From assembly GCF_009914755.1 (NCBI RefSeq), contig NC_060928.1: a DNA stretch of 64,000 bases, one strand, 5' to 3'. Every line of letters begins with the position of its first letter. The first letter of the stretch is position 1. Made by a program: the position numbers and the translations under genes. Below, piece after piece: positions 15,782 to 29,039 of this stretch. The notes beneath the pieces are model-generated. The model was not told the DNA's origin. It saw nothing but the letters and a program-made list of their open reading frames with translations, and did not search any database. Source of the DNA: the human T2T-CHM13v2.0 reference genome, Homo sapiens.

Positions 15782-16614
15782 CAAAGGATGTGAGTAGACA
15801 ATTCTCAAAATAAGATATAAAAATGACCAAAATAAGTATGAAAAATTACCAACTTCACTAGTTATCAGGGAAATGTAAAATAAAACCACAATGAGATACC
15901 ACCTTACTCCTGTAAGAATGGCCATAATTAAAAAAATAAAAAAAAAAATTGATGTTGGCTTGGATGTGGTGCAAAGGGAAGACTTCTACACGCTAGCAGG
16001 AATGTAAACTAGTATAAGCAATGTGGTTATACCGTGTGTTAGAAAACAGTATGAATATTCCTTAAAGAAATAAAAATAGAATTATCATTTGTTCCAGCAA
16101 TCCTACTACTGGGTATGTAACCAGAGGAAAAGAAGTCATTATATGAAAAAGACACTTGCACACACATGTTTATAGCAGCACAATTCACAATTGCAAAAAT
16201 ATGGAGCCAACCCAAATGCCCATCAACCAACAAGTGGATAAAGAAAATGTGGTATATCTACACCACAGAATACTACTCAGCCATAAAAAGGAATGAAATA
16301 ACGGCATTTGCAGCAACTTGTATAGAGTTAGAGGCCATTATTCTAAGTGAAGTAAATAAGTAATGGACAACTATCATGCGTTCTCCCTTATAAGTGAGAG
16401 TTAAGCTATGAGAATACAAAGGCATAAGAATGATACAATGGACTTTGGGGGTTGGGGGAAGTGTGGGAGGGGGTGAGGAATAAAAGACTACATATCGGGT
16501 ACAGTGCACACTGCTCAGGTGATAGATGCACCAAAATCTCAGAAATCACCAATAAAGAACTTATTTATGTAACCAACAACCACCAGTTCCCCCAAAACTA
16601 TTGAAATAAAAAAA
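15782..16614 (+). mobile_element. L1MA1/L1MA2-like 3' fragment
   Basis: ORF2 end (MFIAAQFTIAKIWSQPKCP) and 3' UTR 'aaaagactacatatcgggtacagtgcacactgctcaggtg...gcaccaaaatctcagaaatcacc', A-tail. Confidence 0.82.
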
Positions 16615-16714
16615 TCATGATTTTAATAAAATCATACGTTATCCTGCAGTTTCAATGAGTTGAATGTATGTGTTTGTAGTAACATATGTATACATTCATT
16701 CTAGCATGTATACA

Positions 16715-17160
16715 CTCATATCTATAATTATTACTTTATATATCAATGTATTAAAATATGCATGAGTTCAAGATAGATATCTTCTCTAAAAGTGTACCAT
16801 CGGGCTCATTCTAACCTCCTCCTGTGCTGATTTGTAACTTTTTTCTCTGACAGAGAAAAATTTGGTTCCCATTATCTGAAATAAATTTATTTATTTGTAC
16901 AACTCTAGTATACATGTAAAATAGTTTCAGAATAGTTAACTTGTACCTATGTGAGAAATATAATTAATAATTAGACTACAGTATTTGTGTACAGCCTTTT
17001 TGTTGTTTTAGCTTACAGTAACTGGTCAAGATACTTTTAAAGTTATTTAGGTCAGTTGCTATTTTCCTTACTCCTTTCCGTAAGTAGTTAGATTGATTTT
17101 TCACAGCCTGCATCCCATCCTTGAACCCTAAGTGACAGATCTTTTTTAAAGTATTTTTAT
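16715..17160 (-). mobile_element. L1MC/L1MD-like 3' UTR remnant
   Basis: 'catgagttca', 'ttggttcccattat', 'tagtttcagaatagttaac' antisense motifs. Confidence 0.55.
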
Positions 17161-17180
17161 TTATCTCCTCTACTGGCTTA

Positions 17181-17761
17181 TGTGTCAGAGTTCAACCAGA
17201 GAAGCAGGACCAGTAGGATGGATAGATAACAGGGAATTGGATTAAACATTCATGGTGGCTGGTTGAACAGTAGCTGCAAGGCTGTTTTTGAGTCTAATGC
17301 TGGAGCTCAAGCTAAATCCATGGACAGTCAGGAATGAAAGATCATGAGTAGCCTGCAACCCCACAAGCTGGAACCTATAAGAATGAATTGAAACACGTGT
17401 CCTTGTTCATTCTTTTTGTCTCTAACCTTGAGGACATGAGTATCCTGCAGAAGCCAGGTCTTTCATCAAAGAGTTCAACACACATTGGCCTATGAGTCAG
17501 AGAAACTGAAGGAGGATACAAGGCAAGGTAGAGCAATTGCAGACACGGCTGCTGCTTCACACCAATGAGGTGAGTCAGCCGATTAGCAACAGTGTGTGTG
17601 TGTGTGTGTCTGCGCACACGTGTATGCTACAAAATGGCTATTGCCTCCCTTGCGCCCTCATGTGAGAATCTTCTTGGTAGTCCACCCTAACCAGAAAAAT
17701 AGAAATATATTTGTGAAATGTGATTCAGCCTGGCCAAACTAACACTCACAAGTCCATCATA
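17181..17761 (-). mobile_element. MLT2E/F-like ERVL solo LTR
   Basis: Ends 'tgtgtcagagttcaaccagagaagcag' and 'gcctggccaaactaacac...ccatcata'; perfect 5-bp TSD gctta at 17176-17180 and 17762-17766. Confidence 0.78.
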
Positions 17762-18267
17762 GCTTATTTGCTATATGTCTGTTCTTGTTTCTCAGTTGTT
17801 ACTCAAGGGAGCATTAGCAGCATTTACCTGAATTTCTGTTATACTACATTCCACTTTTCTGAATTTCTATTATACTAAGTTCCATATTACAGCTATATGT
17901 CTGTTATTGTTTTTCAGTTGTTACTTAAGGGAGTAAAATGTGTACATTTAATTTAGCTATATTTACTTTAATTTGTTATACTAAATTCCACATTTGTGAA
18001 GTTTTCATGTATTTTCTTCTAAATATTCTGTAAACTATATAATTTTTTGCTCTAGTCAGTTGCCTTTTATGAACACATTTTTAAATAGTATTTTATGTCT
18101 ATTCCCATAGGTATCATTCTGTATTCTTCATTACTTCCTATAGAGCCAGAGGTTTTTAGCTAGCGTCATTTTTTTTAACCAGAAAAATTTCTTGTTTTGC
18201 AGTTTTTCTAATTGGATCTTTCTTTCTTTTGTTCTTACTTTACTTTTCTGTCTTTGAAAATATCTCT

Positions 18268-18604
<337 letters not shown>

Positions 18605-19144
18605 TTATTCTGTTATGAAATTTTACCTTTCCTTTTTTTGGCTCCTTTTCAGATTTTCTCCTTATTTTGTTTTTAGCAATTTAAGTATGATTCATTGTGT
18701 TTTAATTTTATTTTGATTTATTCTTTGGATTTATTAATTTTATTGGATCTCTGATCTAGTATTTTTTATGAAATAAAGAAATTGTCATACTTATTTAAAT
18801 GTTTTGTCTTCAGTTTTTTCTTTATATAGGTTCCAATGATATCTCCTTTGTCTTCTAAAGAAAATTTTGATTTTAAAAGACATAATTATTTATTTATATA
18901 TATTATATATGTATATTCAGAATTTATAATATTTAACAAACAATAATATTTCATTTCTAATAGTTACACTAATCCAGTTAAATAATTTTTTTACAGCCAA
19001 CTCTTCATAATATATGTTCCACTACACACACAAATGCGGTATTTCAAAATTGTTTAAAATGCTATTTTGAGCCGCAATTTATAACATACACTCTATATAG
19101 TTAGGTCCATTTGTGTCTTTATACTGTTGATGTTTAGAAGTTGT

Positions 19145-19824
19145 TGCTATGGTATAAATACGTCCCCCAAAATTCATACTTAGTTTTTGCTCTCGTCTGT
19201 TGCCTTTTACCAAAAAAGGTTTTGTTTTGTTTTGTTTTGTTGATTTTCTTATTTTATCTTACTTTAAGTTCTGGGATACGTGTGTGGAATGCGCAGGTTT
19301 GTTACATAGGTATACATATGCCATGGTGGTTTGCTGCACATATCAACCTATCATCTAGGTTTTAAGCCCCTCATGCATTAGGTATTTGTCCTAATGCTCT
19401 CCCTCCCCTTGCCCCTGAAAATATTTTAAATAGTATTTTATATCTATTCCCGTATTTACCATTTCTGTATTTATATATTGAAACTTAATTGCCAATGTGA
19501 TGTTGTTAAGAGCTGGGGCCATTAGGAGGTGATTAAGTCATGTGGGTGGATCCCAAATGAATGGATTAGTGACCTTGCAAAAGAGGTGCAAGTGAGCTGT
19601 TCACTCCTTTTTGACCTTTTGCTCTTCTGTTTTTCTGGTACGTGAGGACCCAGCATTCAAGGCACCATCTTGGAAGCAGATATAGACCTTTATCAGACAA
19701 GGAACCTGCCTATGTGTTGTTCTTGGATTACAAAGCCTTCAGAACTGTGAGAAATAAATTTCTATTTCTTATAAATTACCTAGTTTCACACACTTTGTTA
19801 TAGTAATACAAACACACTAGGTCA
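19145..19824 (+). mobile_element. MSTC/MSTD-like MaLR LTR interrupted at 19179-19475
   Basis: Start 'tgctatggtataaatacgtcccccaaaattcata' resumes as 'tattgaaacttaattgccaatgtgat'; end 'ctttgttatagtaatacaaacacactaggtca'. Confidence 0.8.
19220..19415 (-). mobile_element. L1PA8-like 3' terminal fragment
   Basis: (TTTTG)n tail then 'tctaggttttaagcccctcatgcattaggtatttgtcctaatgctctccc'. Confidence 0.88.
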
Positions 19825-20118
19825 GTTTTTATTTTTGTTAAACTTTGATTGTGTATGAATAAACATAATTCCAAGGTAAAAACCTGTAAAATAGCATACA
19901 TTCAAAAAAATATAATTTTAATTTTTGTCTCCTGTCCTGGTTCATTCCCTCTCTTATATGTAGCTATTTATAATTTTTGGTTTAACTCTCTATTATGTCT
20001 TTGTGTGGCTCTCTGTGTGTCTGCATACTTTTATTTCCATTCCCTTTCACATACAAAATATTACATATTATAAATCATAGAGTCTGCTTTTATTCTGAAT
20101 AATATATACTAGAAGACC

Positions 20119-20630
20119 TGTGTTACAGTTATTGATTGCTGTGAAACAAACCACCTCCAAATCTTACTCACTTAAAACAGTACCTTTTAAAAAATTATTC
20201 ATCACAATTTGGTGAGGATTTGCTTGAGTAATGCTTCTTTTCTATGTAGCACTTATAGAGACCACTCAGTGATATTTGTATAGTCCGTGGGGTGCTCTAC
20301 ATGGGTCAAGATGATTTTCCTCTCATCTGGGAACTTAGCTAAGATGGTTAAAAACTGGGCCTGCCAGGGACTTTCTATGTGTGTCTGTTTGAGCTTAGTA
20401 TTTCCACATGATGAGTCATTAGAGGCTTTAAGAACAAGTGTTCAAATGATCAAAGGTGATGTTGCATGGCCTTTGTATGACCTACTCAGAGAAATCATGT
20501 AGTGACTCTTGCAACATTCTCCATTAATTGGAGCAGTTACAACTCCTTGATTCAAAGAGAGAAGATATATAACCATCTTTTAGTGTGAGCTACGTTAAAG
20601 TATTTGTGGCCATGTTTTAAAACTGCCCCA
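20119..20630 (-). mobile_element. MLT1G/H/J-like MaLR LTR
   Basis: 'ttgctgtgaaacaaaccacc...cttaaaaca' and terminal 'tttgtggccatgttttaaaactgcccca'. Confidence 0.65.
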
Positions 20631-20739
20631 TTTCCCTGGAGTATTCATTTGGGATAGCTAGATCAGTGGATTAGTGAATTAGTAAATAATAATAATAATA
20701 CAATCTTATTACTAACTATGCATTTTATTGTAATTTATA

Positions 20740-22040
20740 TTGTTAATAGTATACAAATGGCACAACAATAACTGCTATCAAGAAAATGCAAAGTGAGGTA
20801 ATATACCTGGACATATTGTTTAGGAAGAGGTGATTGAAACTTTGTTTAGTTGAGAAAGTCTTCTCTGAGGAGAGGACTTTTGAATTGAAATCTAAATGGT
20901 ATGAAAGTCAGGGGAAACAGTTTCAGCTCAAGAAAGAACTGTGAGAAAGCAATCAGGGTGGCATAGTTTTTGAAGGGATAAATAGCAAAAATAAATAAAT
21001 AAATAAATAAAAGCAAGGAACACTGTGCTTGAAGCATATTGCACAACTAGAGAAGATATGAGGTCTCAGATATAAGGTACAGGTCTTTTTGAGTTGTTCA
21101 ACCATGGTAAAGCAGCTAGAATATATTTTAAATGGGTAAAAAGCCATTGGTTGAATAATATGATCAGTTTTATTATTATAAAGTATTACTGGAACTGTAT
21201 TAGTCAGTTGTTATACTGCTCTAAAGACATACCTGAGACTGGGTAGTTTATGGAGAAAAGTGGTTTAACTGACTTACAATTCCACAGGCTGTATGGGAGA
21301 CATGGCTGGGGAGGCCTCAGGAAACTTACAATCATGGCAGAAGGCAAAGGGGAAGCAGGCACACCCTTCACATGGCGGGAGGAGAGAGAGAGAGAAGGGG
21401 GAGGTGCTACACACTTTTAAACAATCAGACCTCATGAGAACTCACTCACCATCACAAGAATAGCAAGAGGGAAATCCACCCCCATGATCTAATAGTCTCC
21501 TATCAGGTCCCTCCCTCAACAATGGGAATTACAATTTGACATGAGAGTTAGATGGGGACACGGAATGAAACCATATCAGTAGCTACTACAGAATCAATTT
21601 TAGCATAAGAGTGGCAGCAAGGAGACCAGTTAAAAATTTTTAATAGGCTAGGTGGTAGATAATGATGTTTTGAGCTAATATGTTTACAAAACAGAGGAGT
21701 TTGGGATTCAGTTTGAAGAAGGATTATCAAGAGCTTGCTGAAATATTGGCTGTTCGTAACAGAAATGGAAGAATTTGGGCAGATGCCTAGATATTTTCCC
21801 TGAACAATTCAGGAGCTGATTGTGTTCTATATCAAGATGTGAGATGCAGATTGGAAAGAACAGCTTGATTGGGAGAAATCAAGAGTTCTACTCTAACTTC
21901 TTAAATATGAAATTCTGTTAAGAGTAAACATAGGAAACTATCAAGTACGCTATTGAATATGAGTCTGAAGCTAGGTTATGGTTCAGGATGGAAGATATAA
22001 AGTCAGGAGTCATTAAGATATGAATTATATTTGAAGTCGT
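20740..22040 (-). mobile_element. L2 LINE remnant interrupted by MSTA
   Basis: Antisense L2 motifs 'ttctctgaggagaggacttttgaattga', 'ggagaccagttaa', 'aatcaagagttc', 'gagtctgaagct'. Confidence 0.65.
21196..21578 (-). mobile_element. MSTA MaLR solo LTR
   Basis: 'tgtattagtcag...gaggcctcaggaaacttacaatcatggcagaagg...aaaccatatca'. Confidence 0.9.
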
Positions 22041-22406
22041 TGTCTTAGTCTGCTCAGGCTGCTATAGCAAAATCTTGAGTGTCTTAAACATTAGCCATTT
22101 ATTTCTCGTAGTTCCGAAGGCTGACACGTCTGAAATCAGGTGCCAGCATTGTCAAGTTCTGGTGAAGGTCGTTTTCCTCATTTGTAGATGGCTGCCTTCT
22201 TGCTGTATCTTCACATGGTAGAGACAGGATGCTCTGGTATCTCTTTCTCTTTTTATAGGGGTAACAATCTCATTATGAGGGCTCTACACTCATTACCTCA
22301 TCTGAATCTAATGACCTCCAAAGGCTCTACCTCCTAATACCATCACATTGGGGGTTAAGGCTTCAACATATGAATTTTAGGGGTACATAGGCATCCAGAC
22401 CATACA
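22041..22406 (-). mobile_element. MLT1A0-like MaLR solo LTR
   Basis: 'tgtcttagtctgctcaggctgctata...gggggttaaggcttcaacatatgaatttt...ccagaccataca'. Confidence 0.85.
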
Positions 22407-23192
22407 GGATGTAAATGAATGAATCAACCAGGATGAAGAGAAAAAACCCAGAAGATTGAGAACCTAACAATATTCTCTATTTTATAACTCTTATATTTCA
22501 ACCAACATTTTTATTAGGATGCCAGATACCTGCCATAAATTTGTCATGTCTTTAATCTATCACCGTCAAGTCTTATGCATATATAGGGGCAGATAAATAA
22601 GTTAACATTATGAATTGCTTTAGAGAAGATAGAAAGACACAACTGCTATTTTAGATATAGAACCCCCTTAAATATAGAGCGCTTAAGTGGTATTCACTGC
22701 TCACCCCTACCAGTCAGTGCAGACCGTTATTTCACAGCTTTACTTGTGATGGGTTCGATCCAAAATTTTTACAAAGAAAGTTTAATAAATAATTGAAGAG
22801 TTATTCCTGTTGTATAAAACTTTATTTTTGGAGTATTGTTGTGATTTTCTGACTTTGTGATCTTGGAATGTTTGTATTTCCCAATTTACTTTTTGTTGAG
22901 ATTTTCTTAATCCCTTTTGTACTCACTGTCATTCTTCTACTTGCAATATCAGAACATGTGACATTTGTCCAATATACTGATTCTGTTAAGGAGCTACTGT
23001 TGTATTCTATGGTGTGCAATGGTCATTCCCACAAAATAATTATATGTTAAAGAATGATATAGTGATTAATGTATGGTAGACACTCCATTAAAGGCTGGTC
23101 ATGGTTTCATTCATTTATTCTTCAAATTGGCCCTAATGTGGTAATTTTATTGTCTACCTTTATAAATAAGGAAGCTGTAAGAGCCAAGAAAC

Positions 23193-24027
23193 TGTATGAG
23201 TTTCCTATAGCTGCCCTAAGTACCAGAAACTAACTGGCTTTAAAAAACAACTAAATGGTCTCTTACAGCAGTCTGCAGTCAAGGTGTTAGCACGGCTTTT
23301 CTCCTTCTGGAGGTCCTGGGGATGGAAACTTCTTGTCTCTTTCTGCTTCTGGTGGCTTCTGGTGGCTTTGGCCTCCTTAGTTTGCAGCTTTCTCACTCCA
23401 ACCTCTGCTTTTGTCTTCATACCACCTGCTCCTCAGTGTGCCTTTTCCTCTTCTGTCTTATCCAAGGACACTTGTCATTGGATTTAGGGCCAACACAGCA
23501 ATTCAGTATGATCTTACCTCAAGGCCCTTAACTTAATCTGCAAAGATTATTTTTAAAGAAAATGTGGCACATATACACCATAGGATACTATGCAACTGTA
23601 AAAAGGATGAGATCATGTCCTTTACAGGGACATGGATGAAGCTGGAAGCCGTCATCCTCAGGAAACTAACACAGGAACAGAAAACCAAACACTGCATGTT
23701 CTCACTCATAAGTGGGAGTTGAACAATGAGAACACATGGACACAGGGAGGGGAACAACACACACCGGGGCCTGTCGGGGGGTTGGTGGGGCGAGAGGAAG
23801 GAGAGCATCAGGACAAATAGCTAATGCTTGTGGGGCTTAAAACCTAGATGATGGGTTGATAGATGCAACAAACCACTATGGCACATGTATACCTCTGTAA
23901 CAAACCGGCATGTTTTGCACATGTATCCCGGAACTTTAAGTAAAAAAAAAAAAAAAAGGAACATTCACATTCCCACATATTTGGATAAGGGTGTATCATT
24001 TTGGGGGCCACCATACAAGGTACTACA
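23193..24027 (-). mobile_element. MLT1C/D-like MaLR LTR interrupted by L1
   Basis: 'tgtatgagtttcctatagctgcc', 'gacacttgtcattggatttagggcc', 'atctgcaaagat'; resumes after the L1 and ends 'tactaca'. Confidence 0.78.
23554..23957 (+). mobile_element. L1PA8-L1PA10-like 3' fragment
   Basis: ORF2 end plus 3' UTR 'ggacaaatagctaatgc...cttaaaacctagatga', poly(A) 23942-23957. Confidence 0.88.
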
Positions 24028-24239
24028 AGGACAAATCCTACGTCCCATAGTTAGGGAGAGTCAGTGCCTTTCTATGGTAAAGCTTCAGCAAACTAGAAAG
24101 AAAGGGAAATATTTTTAACTGGCTAAAAAATATTTATAAAATATCCCCTTTATCTTTTGTTTTAAGCATCATTCCCTTTAAAATCAGGTACAATATTAGG
24201 ATGAGTATTTTCATCACTCCTAGTCAAACTTGGATTGAG

Positions 24240-25680
24240 GATTATAAAGATCAGAAAGGAAAAAACACATTTTACTTTTTATTAGCAAATAATGTGTAGA
24301 AAATCTAACAGAATCTATAGTCAAAAATGTTAAATGTAAAAAAAAAAAATCAAGGCTGATGCAAATAAGATCAAAACACTAAAATCAATCATGTGGTTTA
24401 TATATATAAACCAATTATTTTAAAATGGAATCATTTTAAAATGGAATATATCAAATATTCCATTCACAATAAAACTTTAAAATAACAAAAACTATAAAGC
24501 ACATGGCCATGTACAAACTTTGTAATTAAAACTGTCCTTAAATGAAAGAAATAGTATAGATACTGGATAAATTCCAAGACATGTCATATCTATGAAATAA
24601 AATATTAAAAAGTTAATAATAAAGAAAATTAATTAATCTGTACATTAATTCTATTTTATTCAGAATACTAACAGGTTTTTTTTTAATAATGAAACTTGAC
24701 TCCTTGACACATTGTAAAGAGAAAAAAAAGTCCTTATTTAATTTTTGAAAAACGGAAGGAGGGGAAAAAATGAGAAGACAATGAAGGTGAAGAAGAGAAG
24801 GAGGACGAAAAAGAAAGAGGAGGAAGAGAATGAGTGGAAGCTGGGAGATTTGATGAAAGGGATAGGAAGCCCACTTTCTCAGATATCAAGTGCCAGAGTT
24901 CAACCTATAAGAATGAAAATGGTCTTACACGGAGTCAGCAAAGACAAACAATAGCTAAGAACTAACCACCTATCCATAAATGGATGAAAACTTGCTCTGT
25001 GATAGAGTGACATTACAAATCAATAGATAAATAATGGGCCAATTAAAATAGAGTGCAGGAACTATGAAATATTTATATTAAAAAATAATTAGACCCCAAT
25101 GTATAAAAATCAAATATCTAAATATAAGAAAAAGTTGTAATACATTTAAAAGGAAAAATAGGAAGGATTTTTAGTACATTCGATTATGAAAGCATTGCTT
25201 GAATAAAATTCAAAGATTATAGATCATAAAAGAGCATGTTGATAAATTTGAATATATTCAATTTAAAAGAAATTTGTATAAAACAATATAACTTATCACA
25301 GTTAAAAGAAAAGCTGCTAAATGAGAAAATATATTTACAATGCTTATGAACAACTTTGTTTACTGAATATATAATATGTTCCTAAAGCATCCCATTAGGA
25401 AAAAAATGGGGATAATATATAAATAGGGCTTTTATTAACAAGAAAGCAAGAATGATTAATAATGTGAAAAGATGCTCAACCTCATTAATAGAGAAATACA
25501 AAATGACAATGTCATGCTATTTCATACCCACTGGGTTTATATCTGAGAAAGCAGCATGTTTAAAAAGATGGAAAGAAACAGGTACTCTTAAGGAACTTCT
25601 AGTGGGGATATAAATATTTCTTGTCTGAAAAATAATCTAGATTTATTTAATACAGTTGAAGACACACACAGCTAGCAAAG
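24240..25680 (+). mobile_element. Ancient L1M (L1ME-like) ORF2 remnant
   Basis: Degenerate ORF2-like landmarks 'tagaaaatcta', 'aaaatcaat', 'cattcacaat', 'aaaagatgctcaacctcattaat'. Confidence 0.55.
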
Positions 25681-25705
25681 GCTCAACGATGTACACCACA
25701 CACAC

Positions 25706-25826
25706 AAACACACATATAAATATATATCTGTATATATATAGAGCAAACTAGAAAGCTGTCTCTATATAATATATATATAGCATTTTATATATATATATAT
25801 ATATAGCATCATATATATATATATAT
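25706..25826. repeat. (CA)n/(TA)n low-complexity microsatellite cluster
   Basis: Several interrupted TA runs read directly. Confidence 0.85.
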
Positions 25827-28800
25827 TAGATGGACTTGGACACATATTCAACAGATGACATGAAACAAAATTTTTGAAGACATCACTTTCAATGACTCCC
25901 AAATATAGAATTTCACAATAGAAAATTAGTGTGGTGTTGTGATGATAGATTTTTAAAGTAGGAATAATTTTCACTAGATTACTTTAAAGGGATTTTAATT
26001 ATAAAGAAGTATCTTAAAGTGTAAAACTAATTATCATTTTGAACGTTTCTACATTTAAGAAAACATTATCATGAAGATCAGTGACATGTGTCTCAGACAT
26101 TGCTTTTGCAAACCTCCTCAACAAATACATTTGCTGTATTACTTGAAGAGTAATATATATACTGGCTAAGAGAGTGCTTTGAAATAAACTCTTGGGTTCC
26201 TACACTGGCTCTGATTCTTTCTAGTTCTGTAGAATTAGTAATTATTTCAAAGAGTAATTTTTGTACATTAAAATAGATAATGCACATATACCACTTAGCA
26301 AATTACTAAATAAATATAACTACTATTACTATTATCTGTAGTTCCTTTAATTTCAGAAACACTTTATAATCCTGAAATTAGAACATTAGCACTATTATGT
26401 TGTTAATGTTATATATTACTATGCGTAAGTAAAATTTACATATGAACATAGAATTTGTAAAGAGTTCTCCAATTCTTTTCTAATGTTACTGTCTTTCACA
26501 AGTGAAAGAAAAAATAATACAGTCATCCAAGAACACATTCTTTAGCTTTGTCAATTTACAGGAAGGTTTCTATAAATGGGTAGCTGAGCAGATAGTGGAG
26601 AGAGAGGAAAAGAGAGGAAGATAAAAAGAAAAAAAATAGAAAGAGTGAAAATAGGCCAAAAGGAGAAGCTACCTGTACATCAGTTTGTATTTTCAATAGC
26701 CATAACCCCACTTCTCAAGACATCGACTAAGTCAGCATTTCTAGTGGGAGCTAGAGGGAAATTTAGTTCATTATCATTTTGCAGTTTTCTCTTGGGAGGT
26801 AAATGGCTCACATGGCTTCATTTGGAAAGGATATCCATAAGATTTTATTAGTTTCTCTTCCATTTTTGTTGGATGACTTTGACAGGGGCAGATTTTTGAT
26901 CAGGCACACAGTAAGTTGTATGTTTATTTCCTGAGCATCCTTGAGCTAATTGAAAAAAAAGAAAATAAATGATGCCCAAAAAATGCATAGGCAAGCACCT
27001 AGCTATTAAAAAAAATAAGCGTTTGTTGGATTGAGTTGGAAAAATTCCAGAAATTGCACTATTTTATAAAAATAACATGGATGTACGTCTTTGAATCAGA
27101 CATCATATGTCTGTGGTGTTGTGATGTCACAACACCACATCACAACACCACATATGACTGTATGTAGTCAAACACTACATACAATTCTTATGTCAGGGAA
27201 TCCGGGAGAAGATTTAATATTTATTTTGATATGTAGAATTCCAAAATTATTAAGGTATTCAGAATACTCTGATTATAAACATCAATACAAATTATGCAAT
27301 TTTCAATTTTCTAAATGTAAACATGAAACTTCTGGTGAGAAAAAGTTATCTTGGCAGCTTCAGAACAATTATCATCTCATAAACTTCATTTATGACAACA
27401 TAAATACATCTTTGATTTCTTTTTCAGTCAATAACCTCTTTAGGAAAATTCCCAAATTCCCTTCCATATCTTGCTTGTGTCAAGTCATATCCATCAAGTA
27501 AAAAAGTTCTATAAAAAAATTTTTGTGGTGAGCTGTAAGGGCAAAAATATAGCCCGACTTTGTCTCCTATCTCTCGTGTTACTCTGATGCTTCTGGGATA
27601 CCAGCTGGTAGGTCACAGAATTGAAGATGGAGATAGGAAAGTTATCCGGCCTACAAACCTGTTTAGACTTTATTGAAGAATTCAGGAAGAGCCAGTTAAG
27701 AAAGATATAGTCAGTTATCCATGGGAATAAAGAGGATAGAAAATATTTATAAAGCATGGTAACAGCATAGAAGTAAAAGAGGTAACTTTTTGTTAGTGCT
27801 ATAGGAAAAAAATAATTTCCTACTGCTGTCTTTTAAATGGCAAATTTAACAATTATACTATGTTTTGTTCTGATAATTATTTGTTTCCAGCTCTTAATAT
27901 TTGATAAACTTTTCTTACTTTTCTTATCTGGTTATATGTCTTATGTTTATATATATGAATCTACAATTACCCCTATGGAGATTAGGAAAAGGAGATACTC
28001 CCCATGACCAACACTACCTTAGTTAATAACAGCCCAGATTGTAAACATTTTCTTTACTGTTTTATTCATCTCTGTGTAGTTAATGTGTATTTTAAATTTC
28101 TTCAGGATGAGTATCTATATAACAAAATGGCAAATTCCAAACTTTAACATCAGGACCCAACCTCGAATATATTACATAGATTTTAATTTTATTTACTGTG
28201 GCTGTCAATATAGTCTTATTACTCTATTTCATTTTTGATCTTTAATGAAGTACCTGTAAGTTATGATGTGGAAAAATGTCAGGATGGGAAAATGATGATC
28301 TCCATTTTTTTTCCAGCCATGACATTTCAGTATTATGAGCTATATCTCACAAGGTCAGGACTGTGTGACCTGCTTTCCTGTACTCATTATCTACTAATCC
28401 CAAGATAGAGGCCAAGAGAAAGTGGGGAGTATATTTTGTGAGGATTTCCTGACATGGCTTTGTGTGATGTGTTGCCTGGAAGGACAACATGGGGGGATAT
28501 TATTGCTGGCTTTTTGAGGTGAAAAAATTCAAGCTGTATCATGAAAAAATTAACTCATGCCCCACCGTAAAGAATCAACAATGAGTTTATGTTCCCACCA
28601 CCTTTTGCCACCTTTGGGCATGACAGAGAGGAAGGTAAGTCACTTTTCATGAAATAATCCTTTTTGGACACTTGAACAACATTTGTGAGAGAGTAGTTGA
28701 AGAAGTGCAATTTTGAAGTGTGAAAAAAAGCTGCCATTTTTTTTTCTTTTTGCAATGAGCATATATTGTTCATGTGAAACAACAATAACGTAATGCTCAA

Positions 28801-29039
28801 AGCTGTTAACAATTTAACTATATCCGCAGTCACCTGCTAGGACACACATCAGAATTTTCACAGAAGGAAATATAATCCCAACCTGGGGATATATTTCCCC
28901 ATAATTTTAGAACAAATTGAGAAAATTGTTCATTCCTGATATTTATTATCTAAAATATGGTCACTATTCTTAGCTCTAAAGAAAATCCATATTTAATCCC
29001 AAAAAGGAAAACCTAGGACCTAATTCAAACATAAGTAGA

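Noticed and set aside
24745-24954. Lys/Glu-rich ORF
   Set aside because: Translation of a purine-rich low-complexity tract
27091-27501. 136-aa ORF overlapping the hairpin knot
   Set aside because: Non-ATG start, no recognisable domain, composition typical of random AT-rich frames
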